Assembly (NCBI GenBank): GCA_027923505.1
Contig: BROI01000001.1
Span: forward strand, 1,178,001-1,242,000
DNA from: Mayamaea pseudoterrestris
Taxonomy: Eukaryota
DNA length: 64,000 nt
Direction: 5' to 3'
Shown here: one piece after another, positions 1 to 12,839 of the stretch
How the letters are laid out: every line of letters begins with the position of its first letter
Position numbering within the stretch: the first letter of the stretch is position 1
The notes under the pieces: model-generated
Databases searched by the model: none
What the model was told of the DNA's origin: nothing
Seen by the model: the letters and a program-made list of their open reading frames with translations, nothing else
Position numbers and translations under genes: made by a program

Positions 1-401
1 TCCTCCCTCATGCAGACTGATCAATTTTATAAGGTATATGCCAGGAACCCATGCCGCCTACATAAAATTAGATGGCTGAAACAGGTCTCGGTTGCAATAT
101 TTGAGCCATTCTTGTTGCAAGCACCTACCGGTAATTATTTAAAGTATCATTCAAGGTGCAGCCCACCACTCAAGGCTGCAGTGAATCCGTTTCGAAGCAA
201 GTGTCAACCCATCTAAATAGTTACTGTTACAGTACCATTTGTTCATTGACTCATTTTAGGCAGGGAATAAACAACAATTATAAGCTGAATTGTATTGTAT
301 TAGTCTGTATATTTTATATGGCTGGTAGCACAGCGAGAGTTACTCGTATACATATACAAGTTCCTTTAGCTTCGTCAAATCTGTTTACAATACGTATCGC
401 A

Positions 402-2454
402 CTAATGATGAAACAATCGCACGCCCGTAAAGGCCATGGTCATGTCATATGTGTTGCAGGCTTCTGCAACTTGGCCATCCTGCACGGATCCACCTGGCTG
501 CGCTACATACGACACACCCAGCTTGCTCGCATGGTCAATGGAATCGCGAAAAGGAAAGAAGGCATCGCTACTAATGGCAACGCCGGAGCTTGTCTTCATA
601 AAGTCGTCCTTTTCCTCCGCTGTTAGTGGTTCCGGAACCGAAACAAACTGCTCTTTCCACAGTGCATACTCTTGAACGGTAAAATCGCCTTCAATGTACC
701 GCACCCGCGCATTCACCTTGTCCTGGTTCTTGACGCCATCCTTAAAAGGCAATCCAAGCACCTTGGGATGTTGTCGCAAATACCACGTGATCACTTTGCG
801 GCCTGCAAGTTTGACGCAATCGACCCGACTCTGCTGGCCTGCACCGACACCTACCATCATGCCATGCTTGCAAAAGCCAACCGAGTTACTTTGAGTGTAC
901 TTGATGCAAATAGACGCAACAATCAAGTCGCGAATGGCGTCTTGTGACAGTTCCTTTTTCGTCGTGGCAATGTTTGAGGTGAAATGATTGGCGCAAAGAA
1001 TCACGTCGTTCCGCTTTTGCGAAAAGACCGTCCCAAAGACTTCCCGGTACTCAATGCTGCCGGGTTGAAAGGTTGGATCGGCTCGAAGAATGATAAACTT
1101 GCCAGCCTTTTTTGTCTTCAAAATCTCCAAAGCCCGGTCGGAGAAGCCTGGAGCAATGATTCCGTCCGAAACTTGCTTCTTTAAAAAGAGCGCCGTCGCC
1201 TCATCAACCTCATCACTCAATGCGCAAAAGTCGCCAAACGAGCACATGGGGTCAGCGTTGCGGGCGCGTACGTAGGCCAAGGCGGCTGGCGTCAATGTTT
1301 CCGTCGCTGGAATGCCGTATGCGTCTCGCTCCACGTCCGACAATGGAACTGCTGATACGGCGGCACCGGCTGGGCTAACGTGCTTGAAGCTGGCGGCTGC
1401 CACCAAGGTCCCTCCTGTTCCTTCCTTGAGTTCTGACACGAGTTGCCACGCATTCAAAGCGTCCAGCAAATTAATGTAGCCCGGCGATCCACAAAGTACT
1501 TGGAACGGCAACTTTTGTCCGACGCGACTCAATATACCAGCTGGATTTTGGTGGGGATTGCACCCATACTTGAGTGGAAACTCTGGCTGATACACGTTTA
1601 CAACAGCGGGTGTCGAAAGTTTCGATTCGCCTGTGCTGGATTTCGAGAGCTGGTCTGAAAAGTAACTAGCAATCGCGCCGTCGTAGCTTGCACTCAAGGC
1701 GAATGCCTTGGCGGACAACAATTTTCGCAGCTGCAATGTCGTCGAATTGTCGTTACTCTTCATGCACTCCATGACCTGTGCATAGTCGGTGGGATTTGTG
1801 ACAATGGCTGTAAACTGATGATTCTTGGCCGTGGATCGCATCATGCTTGGACCACCAATGTCAATGTTTTCAATACACTGTTCAAACGAGTTGCCAGGTT
1901 GAGCAACTGTCTCTTGGAACGGATATAGGTTCAAGACCGTCATGTCAATGTACTGCATCTTCTGCGCCAGCATGTCAGCGTCGTGCTGTGGATTTCCTCG
2001 CACCGCCAGCAAGCCCCCGTGAATCATGGGATGCAAGGTTTTGACGCGGCCATCCAAGCATTCCGGAGCTCCAGTAAATTCAGAAACATCCGTAACTTGT
2101 AATCCAGCTTGTCGCAAAGCAGCCGCCGTTCCTCCAGTGGACAAAAGATGAACGTTGCAGCTAGCAAGAAAGGTGGCAAACTCGACAATGCCAGTCTTGT
2201 CCGAGACGGATAGGAGCGCCCGCTTGACGGGAACAAGGTCGGATGTTGATCCTAAATCAAATAAAGAGAAGAGAAGAGAGACAATTTTAAGGAATATTTA
2301 TGCCTAATATTTCTTGGCAAGGTTTTTCTAGATAATGTGCACGCCATCATCAGTCAAGCTATCATGCTTTATTGCATCGGCCATTCGCCGCCGCCTATTC
2401 TTTCCATTTTCATAGCTTCTTCGTACCTTGAACAGCTTGTAAAATGTGCGCCAT
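402..2454 (-). CDS. purH: Bifunctional AICAR transformylase / IMP cyclohydrolase (~625 aa; 2 exons: 2454-2427, 2251-402)
   Basis: Motifs RALLSVSDKTG, STGGTA, GRVKTLHP, IENIDIGGP, LKYGCNPHQ, SFKHVSPAG, KYTQSNSV, GAGQQSRVDC, SSDAFFPF, C-terminal RLFHH. A GT..AG intron at 2426-2252 joins MAHILQAVQ to GSTSDLVPVKRALLSVSDK in frame. Confidence 0.97.
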
Positions 2455-2819
2455 GCTGATGGAAGATTATTAGATGTAAGATAGTCGATTAAAAATAGTT
2501 GGATGCCAGCTAAAGGGGCGATGAATGATGAATGCGGCTTGGTTGGATTTCGTGGATGGCGCGACAGCGCGGCATGGGTTGACGGTCAGACTTTCCAGAA
2601 CCGTTGCGATGCAATAAATTGCGCGGGCCAAAAACCGAAACGCAAGGAGCGAGGGCCTCGTGAAACCATGAGAGACCAACAACACTGCTTGCTACAATAG
2701 CGTTTGCTTGCTTTACTACTCGTCATTGTAGATCAAGTGCAACGACTGGGAGAAAAGCATTACTAGCGTACGAAGAGGACTTAGCGATTCTTTCGGCTTT
2801 CAGTGGTTATAGCGTTCGA
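2455..2819. promoter_or_regulatory. Probable bidirectional promoter region between divergent purH and Myb genes
   Basis: Only ~365 bp separates two divergent start codons (2454 on -, 2820 on +). No specific motif identified. Confidence 0.5.
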
Positions 2820-5800
2820 ATGAGCCAAGCCAAGAATTTTGGTGCATCGACACCAGCAGCAGCGGCTGCTACTTATGCTCCTAGGACCGACATTCATCCT
2901 TCTGCAGCTGCTTCTGCAGAGCAGCAGCAGGGGAAAGTGACTGCAGAATCTCATGAGCTAGAAGCATCGCGTTACACCAAGACGCTCGATGAGCTCAAGG
3001 CGGAAGCAAGAGCAATTGCACTTTCATCTACAGTCACCAAGAAGAAACCTCCAGCATTTCGTCAGCTTGCTTACCAGCAGCAGCAGCGATATCAAAGACG
3101 ACGAATCAATGTAAAGCCATCGGCAGCGCAAGTTGCAGCGACCATTCATGCGCAGAATGCCAAGGCCAAGCAAGATGCTCGACTTGCACAGAATGGCAAG
3201 GGCCCTACAACCATGCAGGTTCTGCAACAGCGATTACCACTATCAACAACCCCGAAAATGGGACAGAAGCGAAGACTCTCTCCTTCTATGCATGAGTTCG
3301 GTGAGACTATGGGAATGCAGATAACGCAGCAATCAACGAACAGTGGGGCATTTGATGAGCGACAACAACCAGCAAACAGTATGTTAAAGTCGAAGAAGCG
3401 ATATTGCCAGCCATGGTCCGCCTTATTGAATGATACACAACCCGGCTTGAACGATAATGCAACCGTCAACAGTTTTCCAGCCATTCAGTTCGACGCTGAT
3501 TACGCTTTATTCGTCAAGAACCTTGTTGCGACGCAAGGAAAGAAATACAGCAGCGATGGCGATGAGTCAGTGCTGGCAGCCTTGGCATTGGCCGATGATG
3601 ACGACGACGATGAATTCCTCTTTGACGACGATGAAGGAGAGTTTGACGACGACGAAGACGACGATGAGAACGACGAGGAGCAAAGCAACAGTGCGGATGA
3701 CGCTCCTGGCAATGTCAATCGTTTCATAAATAGCGGCTCTCCAAAATTTAATCATTGCGACGCATCTGGCGACAACGACTCCAACGACGATGAACCCATC
3801 GACCCGGTTCTTGAGTGGGAAAGCTCCATCCAAGAGGAACTAGAGGGTTTGCATCAAGAGGACATGCAGGCTGCAGTTGCAACGTTGTTGGAAAATCCCA
3901 TGGACAAGACACGACGGAGGCACCAAAGCCAACATTTGTTGGCTAGTAATAGCGTCGAGCATACACGGACCGGTGGCCATTTGGAAGTGTTGCTAAAGAG
4001 TTCGACAAAAGCGCTTGTAGCTGCAGATGGAACAATACCGTCGCCTGTCAACGCTGGCGCGGCGGCCAATGTAAATAAAATCGTTGAACAGTCACTAATT
4101 TTCCCACCAGCAGCATCGTCAGTCGAACCGTCTATGCAGTACCTTACCTCGGTCCCAACGGAAATCTCGACGGACGAGCAGCTCCAGCGCTTCCAGTCGC
4201 TTTTAAAACGCCACTACCAAATTTTGGTGCAGCAAGCTGTCCTGACTGTTCGGACGGCTCATGATTTTGAACAAAGGCACAAGAAGAAAAGCAGCGACGA
4301 GGACTTGCAGCAGCGACCCGAGAATGCCTTGCTCACCGAGCAGGATGTTGTCTTTTCGAACGAGCATTCTAGTGAGTTCACGAATATTCTTGATAGTACG
4401 GTGCAAATGCTACAAGACTTAGATCAGAACCGCAAGGATGCGATTCGACGTGCCGTCTTACCGAGTGGGGGTGCACGCCGGCTCACGCGCGCCCAGTTTC
4501 TAGCCAAGACGCAACTTTTGCAGGAGCAAGCTCAAACCCTGACCGTGTTTGCGATTCCGGGCTTGCACAAGTTGAAAGACACATTCGCGTTGCTGGATAA
4601 TAGCGCTGTCGATACCGAGGCCGATGACGGATTATTTAAGTATTCGAAACATGCCGACGCCTGTGAACGTGTTTTAAAGGAAGCTGGAGCAGTTTGCGAG
4701 CCCATCTGCCTGCCGAACGTAAAAGACGTTTCAGAATATTTTACGAATGCACAGGAGTTTCTTGGTAAGGATTTTCAGCCTCCCTGCAATCCGGCGCAGG
4801 AAACGATGCTTCGACGCCATCGTAACTTGTTGACGGCTGCAGAAGATAGTTTGATACTGCGCGGGGTGAACTTGTTTGGCGAAAAACAATGGGAGATGGT
4901 TCGCGATCGATTTTTACCTGACAGAATAGGTACCGTTATCAGTCGCCGCTACAATAAGCTGTCAGTGATTGTCTTTCGTGCCTTCGGGGTTCAAATTGAT
5001 GAGGAAGGCGATTTGCCGCTGGTCGCGACCGTCTATAAATCGGTCGAACAGATGTCATCGAGTACTCGTCAACAGTTGCGGTTGCTAAAAAGCGTTGACG
5101 CACCAGCAATTTACAACGTTCATCGATGGGATTTTGAGGAGGATGTGGTGTTGCTTAAAGGGGTTGCGTTATTAGGAACTAGTTGGGCGGTCATCAAGGC
5201 TACCTATCTGCCCCACCGCGATCGCACACATATCCGAAAGCGTTATGAGGTGTTGGCCCGACGTTTCAAGTCAGTTGAAAAGGTGTTTCATCGCGACGTG
5301 CAGCTGTACGACCAATGGATGGCGAAGCGTCAAGTCGAGCTGCCGCCTCCCGACTTGGGAGCCGTCGGTCTGGCGGCGCAAATTCTCAGAAAGGCCAAGA
5401 CTGATGCCATGATCATGTCGCCATCAGGGTTTAGCAACGCTGAATCTGAAGTATCGGAAACTGATATGCCCATTAGAGGGAGTCGACTTTTTGGTCGCGA
5501 CAGCTTCACATCACCGCTGCGATTTGCTCGGAAGCCAGTGCAAGGTGTAGCTAGTCCGCTGCATACAGTGGCGAACCTAGCAGCGACAATAAATACAGAG
5601 GTCGACAGCTCGCGCTCCATATTTGAAAAGATCGCAATGGATCAGAACTCTTTTTCAGCTCTTGACAATATCGATACAATTGGCATGTCCAATCTGGCAT
5701 CCTTGGCCAGTCCCATGGCAGCCACATCATTGAAACCAGGGAGTCAATTTGCGAGCGATATGTTGCGGAGTCCAGCATACGATGCATCCCGCACCAGCTT

Positions 5801-6695
5801 CGGAGAAATACCAACAATGTCAATCTTACTAAGTCCAGGTGTTTATTCATCCCGAACTGCTGTTGAACAGCTCGTTAGCGACAGAAGTACCAGAGATGCG
5901 CTGGCCGAGAACGGCGATAGGTTAAACGACGAAGACGACCCGAATTTGAACAATGTGGAAGAAGAAGGGCTATCGAATGAATCGTTTGCTTCCGGACTTG
6001 GTTTGGACATGAACGAGTCAAATGGCATATCATTCCTTTGTCTAAATCAAAGCGACCCGAAACCTTTGTCGCCACCTAAGCAAGCATCTCAGCTAGCCCA
6101 CGATCAGCCAAGGCGACTCTTTGCTGGTATATTGGATCAAGGTAACAAGTCGCAGATCACGAACCAATCATTGAGACCATTGAAGAAACGTGCCACGAGT
6201 CAGAGCTTCTCGTTTTCAAGCCCACCGAAAGCACGTGTTTCAAGCCTGATGGAGCCGCCGCCAACCTTTGGTTCGCCATCGGCGCTGCGAACCTATCAAA
6301 GCATCCAACCCTGCGATATTGGCACAACATTAGGAAGTTTCGCTGCTCATTCCAATGTGAATCCTCAGCTTCCACCTCATATGTTTGGCTCTGTCATGCA
6401 CAGCCCAGGCTTGCGCACACCTGTGCGGCTACAGCATAGTAATCTCTACGCCGCGTCATCTGGGTCGACTCCCAGATCACTCTTCTCTCCGGATGACCAA
6501 GATGCAATGGATGCAATTTCTGCTCTTGGCCAGCTAAGTCAAACGCCTCCGCTGAAGGAAGGCTGGGCAGACTCGGCCACTACCGGTAGACCCTCCGGTC
6601 AAAATATGGTCATTAATTCATCAAAAAAGCGGAAATCGCTCTTTCAAAGGGTTGTCGGGGAAAGCGACGAAAAGTCGTCGGCAAGAAAGCGATGA
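2820..6695 (+). CDS. Myb/SANT-domain protein, GON-4-like (1291 aa)
   Basis: Two Myb-like repeats (LTAAEDSLILRGVNLFGEKQWEMVRDRFLPDR; WDFEEDVVLLKGVALLGTSWAVIKATYLPHRDRTHIRKRY), a long D/E tract and a helix QRFQSLLKRHYQILVQQ resembling the GON4L/YY1AP-type layout. Confidence 0.8.
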   Translation: MSQAKNFGASTPAAAAATYAPRTDIHPSAAASAEQQQGKVTAESHELEASRYTKTLDELKAEARAIALSSTVTKKKPPAFRQLAYQQQQRYQRRRINVKPSAAQVAATIHAQNAKAKQDARLAQNGKGPTTMQVLQQRLPLSTTPKMGQKRRLSPSMHEFGETMGMQITQQSTNSGAFDERQQPANSMLKSKKRYCQPWSALLNDTQPGLNDNATVNSFPAIQFDADYALFVKNLVATQGKKYSSDGDESVLAALALADDDDDDEFLFDDDEGEFDDDEDDDENDEEQSNSADDAPGNVNRFINSGSPKFNHCDASGDNDSNDDEPIDPVLEWESSIQEELEGLHQEDMQAAVATLLENPMDKTRRRHQSQHLLASNSVEHTRTGGHLEVLLKSSTKALVAADGTIPSPVNAGAAANVNKIVEQSLIFPPAASSVEPSMQYLTSVPTEISTDEQLQRFQSLLKRHYQILVQQAVLTVRTAHDFEQRHKKKSSDEDLQQRPENALLTEQDVVFSNEHSSEFTNILDSTVQMLQDLDQNRKDAIRRAVLPSGGARRLTRAQFLAKTQLLQEQAQTLTVFAIPGLHKLKDTFALLDNSAVDTEADDGLFKYSKHADACERVLKEAGAVCEPICLPNVKDVSEYFTNAQEFLGKDFQPPCNPAQETMLRRHRNLLTAAEDSLILRGVNLFGEKQWEMVRDRFLPDRIGTVISRRYNKLSVIVFRAFGVQIDEEGDLPLVATVYKSVEQMSSSTRQQLRLLKSVDAPAIYNVHRWDFEEDVVLLKGVALLGTSWAVIKATYLPHRDRTHIRKRYEVLARRFKSVEKVFHRDVQLYDQWMAKRQVELPPPDLGAVGLAAQILRKAKTDAMIMSPSGFSNAESEVSETDMPIRGSRLFGRDSFTSPLRFARKPVQGVASPLHTVANLAATINTEVDSSRSIFEKIAMDQNSFSALDNIDTIGMSNLASLASPMAATSLKPGSQFASDMLRSPAYDASRTSFGEIPTMSILLSPGVYSSRTAVEQLVSDRSTRDALAENGDRLNDEDDPNLNNVEEEGLSNESFASGLGLDMNESNGISFLCLNQSDPKPLSPPKQASQLAHDQPRRLFAGILDQGNKSQITNQSLRPLKKRATSQSFSFSSPPKARVSSLMEPPPTFGSPSALRTYQSIQPCDIGTTLGSFAAHSNVNPQLPPHMFGSVMHSPGLRTPVRLQHSNLYAASSGSTPRSLFSPDDQDAMDAISALGQLSQTPPLKEGWADSATTGRPSGQNMVINSSKKRKSLFQRVVGESDEKSSARKR

Positions 6696-7267
6696 TAATT
6701 GAGTTGCTCGCAGTCGCAATGTGATAACGAGCTCCTTGCATAACTTGTACTCTGCTTACAAATTGCTACAAATCGAGCGATAATTACATACAATAAACAT
6801 CTCGACGCATCATCTTCATCGCTCGACTGAATACTATAATAAATCGTTTAATTCAACCAACTTCATACTCCCGGTTTCGTCTACTCGATGAGCCGAGAAG
6901 CGCGAAGAAAGTGCAATTCGCTTGCAACGCTCACAATTCCAGCTATTATGTCACTTAAGCTGGCTACCTCTAGCTGCAGGTGTTGACAATCGTCAACCCT
7001 TCTTTACTAACAATGTTTAAAGTTGAACGATCTCTATTCGGCAACGGCGTCGGCAGTAGTTCCACTCGCATTGTATAAGGCTTCCGGACCACGTCAGCGC
7101 GATGCCGTGTATCAAGGGTTGCTACTCGACTTACTGTTAGATCGCTGTACAAACGTCCCAGGTATGTGGAGGCTCGGGTGCTATGTCTGAAAGCAAGGTG
7201 GCGGCTGAGCCGGTGAAGCTTCATCATCATCAGCAATCTGGTCTCGTCAAACCCGCATCTACATCCT

Positions 7268-7403
7268 GCTCGTACAATGCGTTTTTCGATGCTCCTATGA
7301 GTTGCACTGCTTAATCTTCGCTGTCTCGTCGGACCCGGCTCGTACAATGCGTCCTTCGATACCCCTATGATTTATACTGCTAAGTCTTCGTTGTCTCGTC
7401 GGA
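7268..7403. repeat. Diverged 70-bp tandem duplication (2 copies)
   Basis: gctcgtacaatgcgt...tgtctcgtcgga at 7268-7333 and again at 7338-7403 with scattered substitutions. Confidence 0.85.
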
Positions 7404-8126
7404 GCATGTACAGTATCCATTCTGCGTGTCTGCATGGTATCAAAAGTATATAACTCACAACTCACAATGAACTCGACAAGTCGTGGTGTTCATGGTCACA
7501 TATTGTAGTCTGATCGTCGAATGGCAAATGAAAGTTCTTGCCATGACACGAACGATGCCATGGATTAATATTATTAATTCAGCCCGACAACGGCGAAACT
7601 GATATAAGCTGTCAGTTTATCAGCACGCAATTCTTCACCCACCCATTTTCGCAAAACGACGGGGAGGGGATCAGAATATGTTCTGGCCCTGGCAACGCTG
7701 ATTGACATGTCGCAGATTGTATAGTGATTCATTGACTCCAGCTATTGGGAGCATTTTGCATCAACGACACTCTTGTGAAACTGTCGCGTATCGGAATCTA
7801 ACGTCGGCATGGGTTTTTCGCCTTCATGATTACATGCAAAACATCGAATCCCAACGCTCGCCGAAAGTTTGTGTCACATACACACTTTTGAGGTATCTTT
7901 GCAAATGAACACATCCGTTGCATCATAGTCGGCTGGCGCAGCTGTTTTAATCTAAGTATTTTGGCGACTGGACAACTGGCTCGCTCGACGAGCACGTGGC
8001 ACATTTTTCTTCCGATGCTTTTCGACGCGAACGCTTGCAACTATGCAAAGGCACCCACCGTCAACAGCAAGATAGGCAGATACCAGTTTTAGCAATTACG
8101 CCGGTATATCTTTCATACTGGGTCTC

Positions 8127-9365
8127 ATGAAGAAGGATAAAATACCGTTTCTCCTCGGAGGTGGCAGTGAGCACCTGCAGCCGCCATGGTTTCACCCCGA
8201 CAGCAAACTCCTTACGCCCGCCCAGCGGAAAAGTATTGCCAATCTACAAAAATACATTTACGGAGGTGATGTTCCTCAGAACAATAAAACGCTCGATGAA
8301 GACGAATCGCAAATTTCCTATCCCAAGGGATGCAACGCTGGAGCACACTTTCGCGAGGTTCTTTCGTCGTCGTACCGAACAAATTTTCAGTCGCAGCAGC
8401 TACATCAGGTGCCAGCACTTACTCCGTCCAAACGCAAACCAAAAGCATCTATAGTACAATGTTTCTCGGCATGCACGTCTACCAAGCTGGATGAGGTCAT
8501 GGATTTTTTTGGACGAGGTTACAAGGAGACATTTGATCCTCGATGCGGCGGCCAAGACGACTATTACGACGACGAAGTCACTCTACGCGGTACAATGGAG
8601 ACTTTTGAAGACGATGAAGATGTTCGCCTCCGCCGACTTGGATCGTGGAGCACACAGGGGACGTTTGGGACGTTGCCGACAGATGGAACGATGGAGTTTT
8701 CAGCGATAATGGACGATGATGGGCACTTGATCCACCCCAAAATTCTGCAAGCTGCCCAGGACAAAAAACGAAACCTGCCGATTGCCAGCAAGAAGATGCG
8801 TCTTGTCAAGTTTGACTACCCGCCTGTCTCGAGCATGCGACAATGTCCGCGAGCGGATCGAGACGACTTGGCCGAACTTTTCTTTACGGAGGAGGAGCTG
8901 GAAAATTATGAGGCGGATCGGGAGTGCACACGTCGGACAGATGATATCGAAATTGTCGCAATTTCGCAATCATTGAGCGACCTCAATGATGCGCAGAGAC
9001 ATGGAGCGGATGACGAGGTGCGAGTTTCAGAACCAAGTCCTTGCAACTCGCACATAACGGCGAGTGTTAGTCCACGATCCGGTGGGTTTGGGGCCTATGT
9101 TCCGACCCCTCGTAATATCTGCCAAAGAAGGAACTCAAGGGTGAATAGTGAGTCATATTCGACAGTAGTCAACACCGATATATGTCCCGATAAAAATAAT
9201 GGTGGTAACTGCACTCGACGAAACTCGTGGAGCAAAGTCGGTCGGCCTACGCCCGAGTCACCCTCTCTGGAGCCGCTTAAACAAGAATTAGCAGCACCAC
9301 ACGCATCGCCACGCCTTGTCAAGTCGGTGCAGATATTCTTGAGAGAGCGATCGACTGCAAAGTAA
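8127..9365 (+). CDS. Hypothetical protein (412 aa), mostly disordered
   Basis: Long ATG-started ORF. The motif VKFDYPPVSSMRQCPR...LFFTEEEL resembles a recurrent diatom RVxF-like/LFF motif. Confidence 0.75.
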   Translation: MKKDKIPFLLGGGSEHLQPPWFHPDSKLLTPAQRKSIANLQKYIYGGDVPQNNKTLDEDESQISYPKGCNAGAHFREVLSSSYRTNFQSQQLHQVPALTPSKRKPKASIVQCFSACTSTKLDEVMDFFGRGYKETFDPRCGGQDDYYDDEVTLRGTMETFEDDEDVRLRRLGSWSTQGTFGTLPTDGTMEFSAIMDDDGHLIHPKILQAAQDKKRNLPIASKKMRLVKFDYPPVSSMRQCPRADRDDLAELFFTEEELENYEADRECTRRTDDIEIVAISQSLSDLNDAQRHGADDEVRVSEPSPCNSHITASVSPRSGGFGAYVPTPRNICQRRNSRVNSESYSTVVNTDICPDKNNGGNCTRRNSWSKVGRPTPESPSLEPLKQELAAPHASPRLVKSVQIFLRERSTAK

Positions 9366-10642
9366 CGCTGTGATGGTATGCAATTGGATCCAAGACATCC
9401 GTCATGTTGAAATCACTGAGCTTGCACGCAACAAAACTGTACGAAGAACTTAGATTTGTACCGTAGCCGAAGCATAAACGATCTAGGAGAGCTTTGGAAG
9501 GCCATGCTGAGGCGACATTCAATGAATAGTTAGACTGGGCCACAGGTTGAGACAATAATGCAAACTATAACGCTATTAGCACTGGCAAATGCCGTCGGTG
9601 CTCGAATACTTCCGTAGCAGATCAAGAGTTGTGCTTTCTATACGCAAGCGCCAGTCCAAAATACGAAGGCAAATCACTCGAGCTGTAGTCCAAAGACTTG
9701 ATACATTAAATTGGATGTATAGTTTTTAAGTGAGCAAACAGCGGGCCCTTCTTTTAATAGTTACGCGAGCATAAACTCCGCGACTTGTTCCAACAGTATC
9801 ACACCATGAACGAGCCAGCATGGACGAATTCCTCGAAGGAAAAGAAGAGGCAGCAGAAGAAGCAATAACCACTTCATAAGGAGCAGATGCAGGATCGTGA
9901 CCATGACGCAACCAAGTGAACAACGATGATGTTGGCGACCAAGAGGAGACTGACGATGATTAGATGGACGAGCAAAGATATCGCCGATGTTGAAGGCGAT
10001 CTGGAGACAGATTTGTTTTTCGCCCGAGCGGGTGGATGCCGTGCAGGCCCGAAACGCTTGGAAATATGGATTGACCTTTACAAAGTAGCGGCCACCTCGC
10101 CTTCCCTCGTTGCGGCTGCATTAATTGTCGGTTTAGCTTCAGCTTTAGCTTAATTGCTTCCTTCGATGCCACACTACGCTGCCTAATCTTGATCTTGTCG
10201 GCGGCGGGATGATATGGTAACGTACACACGGAAATTGACACTACCGGTAGTCTTTTGTTGCAGCCGCCGAGCCGCTAAAAGTCTGTGATGCGGCATGCGG
10301 CGACAAGTGTGCAATTGTCGCCCAGATAGCGGACTTTGTGGCAACTTTGCGGTCCCTTGTTTGGCGATTCAAACTGCACGTTTGGTAATTGGCGTTGGCG
10401 GTGTTGCGGTTGTCATGTTTCTTTGCGACTCCCATCTACGTACAGTAATACCGGTAGTAGAGAAAGCACGACTCCCTTGATAGTGCCTTGGGCCTATTCG
10501 ATGTGTCAAGTGGGACCGAAAGATTAGCCGAGTCATTTTGGGTCATTTCGATCGATGCAACGAAAATCGCAATCGCAACCCGCTCGTCGCACATTCACAA
10601 GCATCAAGATCCAATATTAACCACGATCAAAGACAATTGACC

Positions 10643-11763
10643 ATGAGCATCGTCCAGCAAATCAAGGAGAACGATCCGGAGCTGAAAGAGATTCGTCTCG
10701 CCGAAGATCCTTTGGCATACGCGCCAACCGTCGCAGAGCTTTGTGACGCCTTAGCGTCCAACACTGAAATCAACCACGTCCGCATCGATCGTGACTTTTT
10801 GCCTTGCATGAACGATGAGGACATTCAGCCATTTTTCGAAGCTTTGAGCAAGATTCCTTCATTGCTGGATGCGCAGATTTGGCATGCATCAGTTCAAGTC
10901 TCCATTTTGGCGGCTTTTATCAAGGCAACCAAGCAGTTGGAACACTTGCAGTTTGGATGTTTGGAACTTGAAGGCGAGGAAAATGACTTTAGTCTCATCA
11001 ATGAGGCCATTCAGGGCCATCCGACGCTCAAATCGTTTACCATGAGTGATTTGTAAGTACATTACGTCGAATTGAGGCGACATGCGCGCTAACATCGGCA
11101 ACCAGCAACACACCACTGACACATCATTTTCATCGCAGCTCACTCAACAACGAAAGTATATCCATGGACGAGACCATTGCTGTCCTCGGGACGATTCCCA
11201 ACCTGCAGAGTGTCAAGCTCGAGGTTTCCAATCGTCGTCGTGCATCCGTCGTCGGACCGACGCGCGCCGCCCAAAAGGTGCAAGTCACGCTGAGTGGCGC
11301 CGGTCTCGCCAAGTTGTTGAGCGAATCCAAAAGCATTCAGAAGCTGCATTTGAATCGTTTGAACCTGGATTCTACTGATTTTGGAGTGCTTGCCGAAGCA
11401 ATCAAGACGGCTCCATGTCTCCGCGAATTTGCCTTGCCGCACTGTAACTTGGACGACGGCGGCTGCGTAAAGATTGCGGAAGCAATTGGTCAGAACAAGA
11501 CGCTGGAAAAGATCGACTTGTCGTGCAACAAGCTGACGGATGAAGGTTGCGTCACGTTGGCCAGTGCATTGGAAGGGAATAAAAGCGTCAAATTTCTTCG
11601 CCTTTGGGGTAATGTCAAGATTAGCAACAATGGATTTGACTCGATCCGAGAGATGCTCGAACAAAATTGCGTCTTGGAGCGTGTTCCGCTCATGACTGGA
11701 GGTACCTATGGAGTTGCCACTATTGACCCGCTCCAGGCTGGTCGAAGTGGCAAGGCAGCGTAA
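10643..11763 (+). CDS. Leucine-rich repeat (RNI-like) protein (~344 aa; exons 10643-11052, 11139-11763)
   Basis: LRRs such as LEKIDLSCNKLTDEGCVTLASAL. The intron GTAAGT(11053)...cactgac...CAG(11138) joins the two ORFs in frame (SDF-SLNNESISMDE). Confidence 0.9.
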
Positions 11764-12238
11764 AGACGAAGGATGGTAACTTGAATCGGCAAGGATTGCG
11801 ACGAACGTGATGGAACAGTAAGGTGAACTATATGGCATTACTGGTTACGAAAAGTTTCAAGCTGTAGCTGTAGCTGCATCGCAGACTATCAGTAGTAAGA
11901 TAGGTAAAGTGCAATCAACTATAATACCAAGACGCTCACATTTAAGTAACCTTGCCCATCCATTCTGCTCCAATCCCGACACAAATTCACTTATTCCACT
12001 GCCAATGGAAAAGCTTGGAAGCAAATCGCTTCTTGTATCGCGGATGAAGCTTTCCGTCATGGTGACATGCGGACGCTTCGTCAAACTCCACAATCGCAGC
12101 TGATCCATCATCATTCTCCTGTAAACTTCGTCGCCGCTTGCCAAGAGTCCCTAAATCTTGAAGATAACTGTAAATACGATAGAAACGAGATGGGTCTTAA
12201 TTTATACAATGACTTTCGGTCGTGCCGTCAAGTTCGTT

Positions 12239-12580
12239 TCAACTGTAGACTGACCTTTGATTTGGATTGTTCACTTCGCACCAAATTGCGAGGCAATTGG
12301 CTCCAAGGAGTAATCCAAGAAAGGCCGTCGCACTCCATACGCTTCCAGAGTCTTCAGGCAGTTCCTTGGGAGTCGACGCTGCTCCGGAGGCTAATGCTGT
12401 TTGTCGATGCTGCTGCTGCAACAAGACTGCTTCGAGGGCATGATAGTTGTACAGGCGTTGTTGCGACTGACAAGCGATTGATCCTCGCGCAAATAATTGC
12501 CGCTGCTGCGGCAAACGTTGTCGATTAGCCGTCATGATTAACAAACGGCTGTTGCTTGGTCGAAGAGCGGACATGAGCAT
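12239..12580 (-). CDS. Small putative single-TM protein with mitochondrial-presequence-like N-terminus (113 aa)
   Basis: R/S/L-rich acid-free N-terminus and a hydrophobic segment VWSATAFLGLLLGANCLAIW. Confidence 0.45.
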   Translation of the reverse strand: MLMSALRPSNSRLLIMTANRQRLPQQRQLFARGSIACQSQQRLYNYHALEAVLLQQQHRQTALASGAASTPKELPEDSGSVWSATAFLGLLLGANCLAIWCEVNNPNQRSVYS

Positions 12581-12839
12581 CGTCGAGCATGTGATTGTTG
12601 TTAACTTGTGATCGATTCGTTGGACCGCGTCTTTCGACGAATGGGCAGCAGCTGTCGATCGGGTTCGGATCCCAGTCCCACTTCAAAACGTCACTATGTC
12701 GTTCATGAAAACGTTACTACCGGTACGATTGCCGCGCCACAGCGGGAAATATTTGAGGCTCTACCTACCATAAAAATTAACATGCAAAAGCTTATACTTC
12801 TATATACACTCATGATAGCCACGCTACATATGCTTTATA

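Noticed and set aside
9726..10527. Short ORFs between the 8127 gene and the LRR gene
   Set aside because: No motifs and no convincing splice model.
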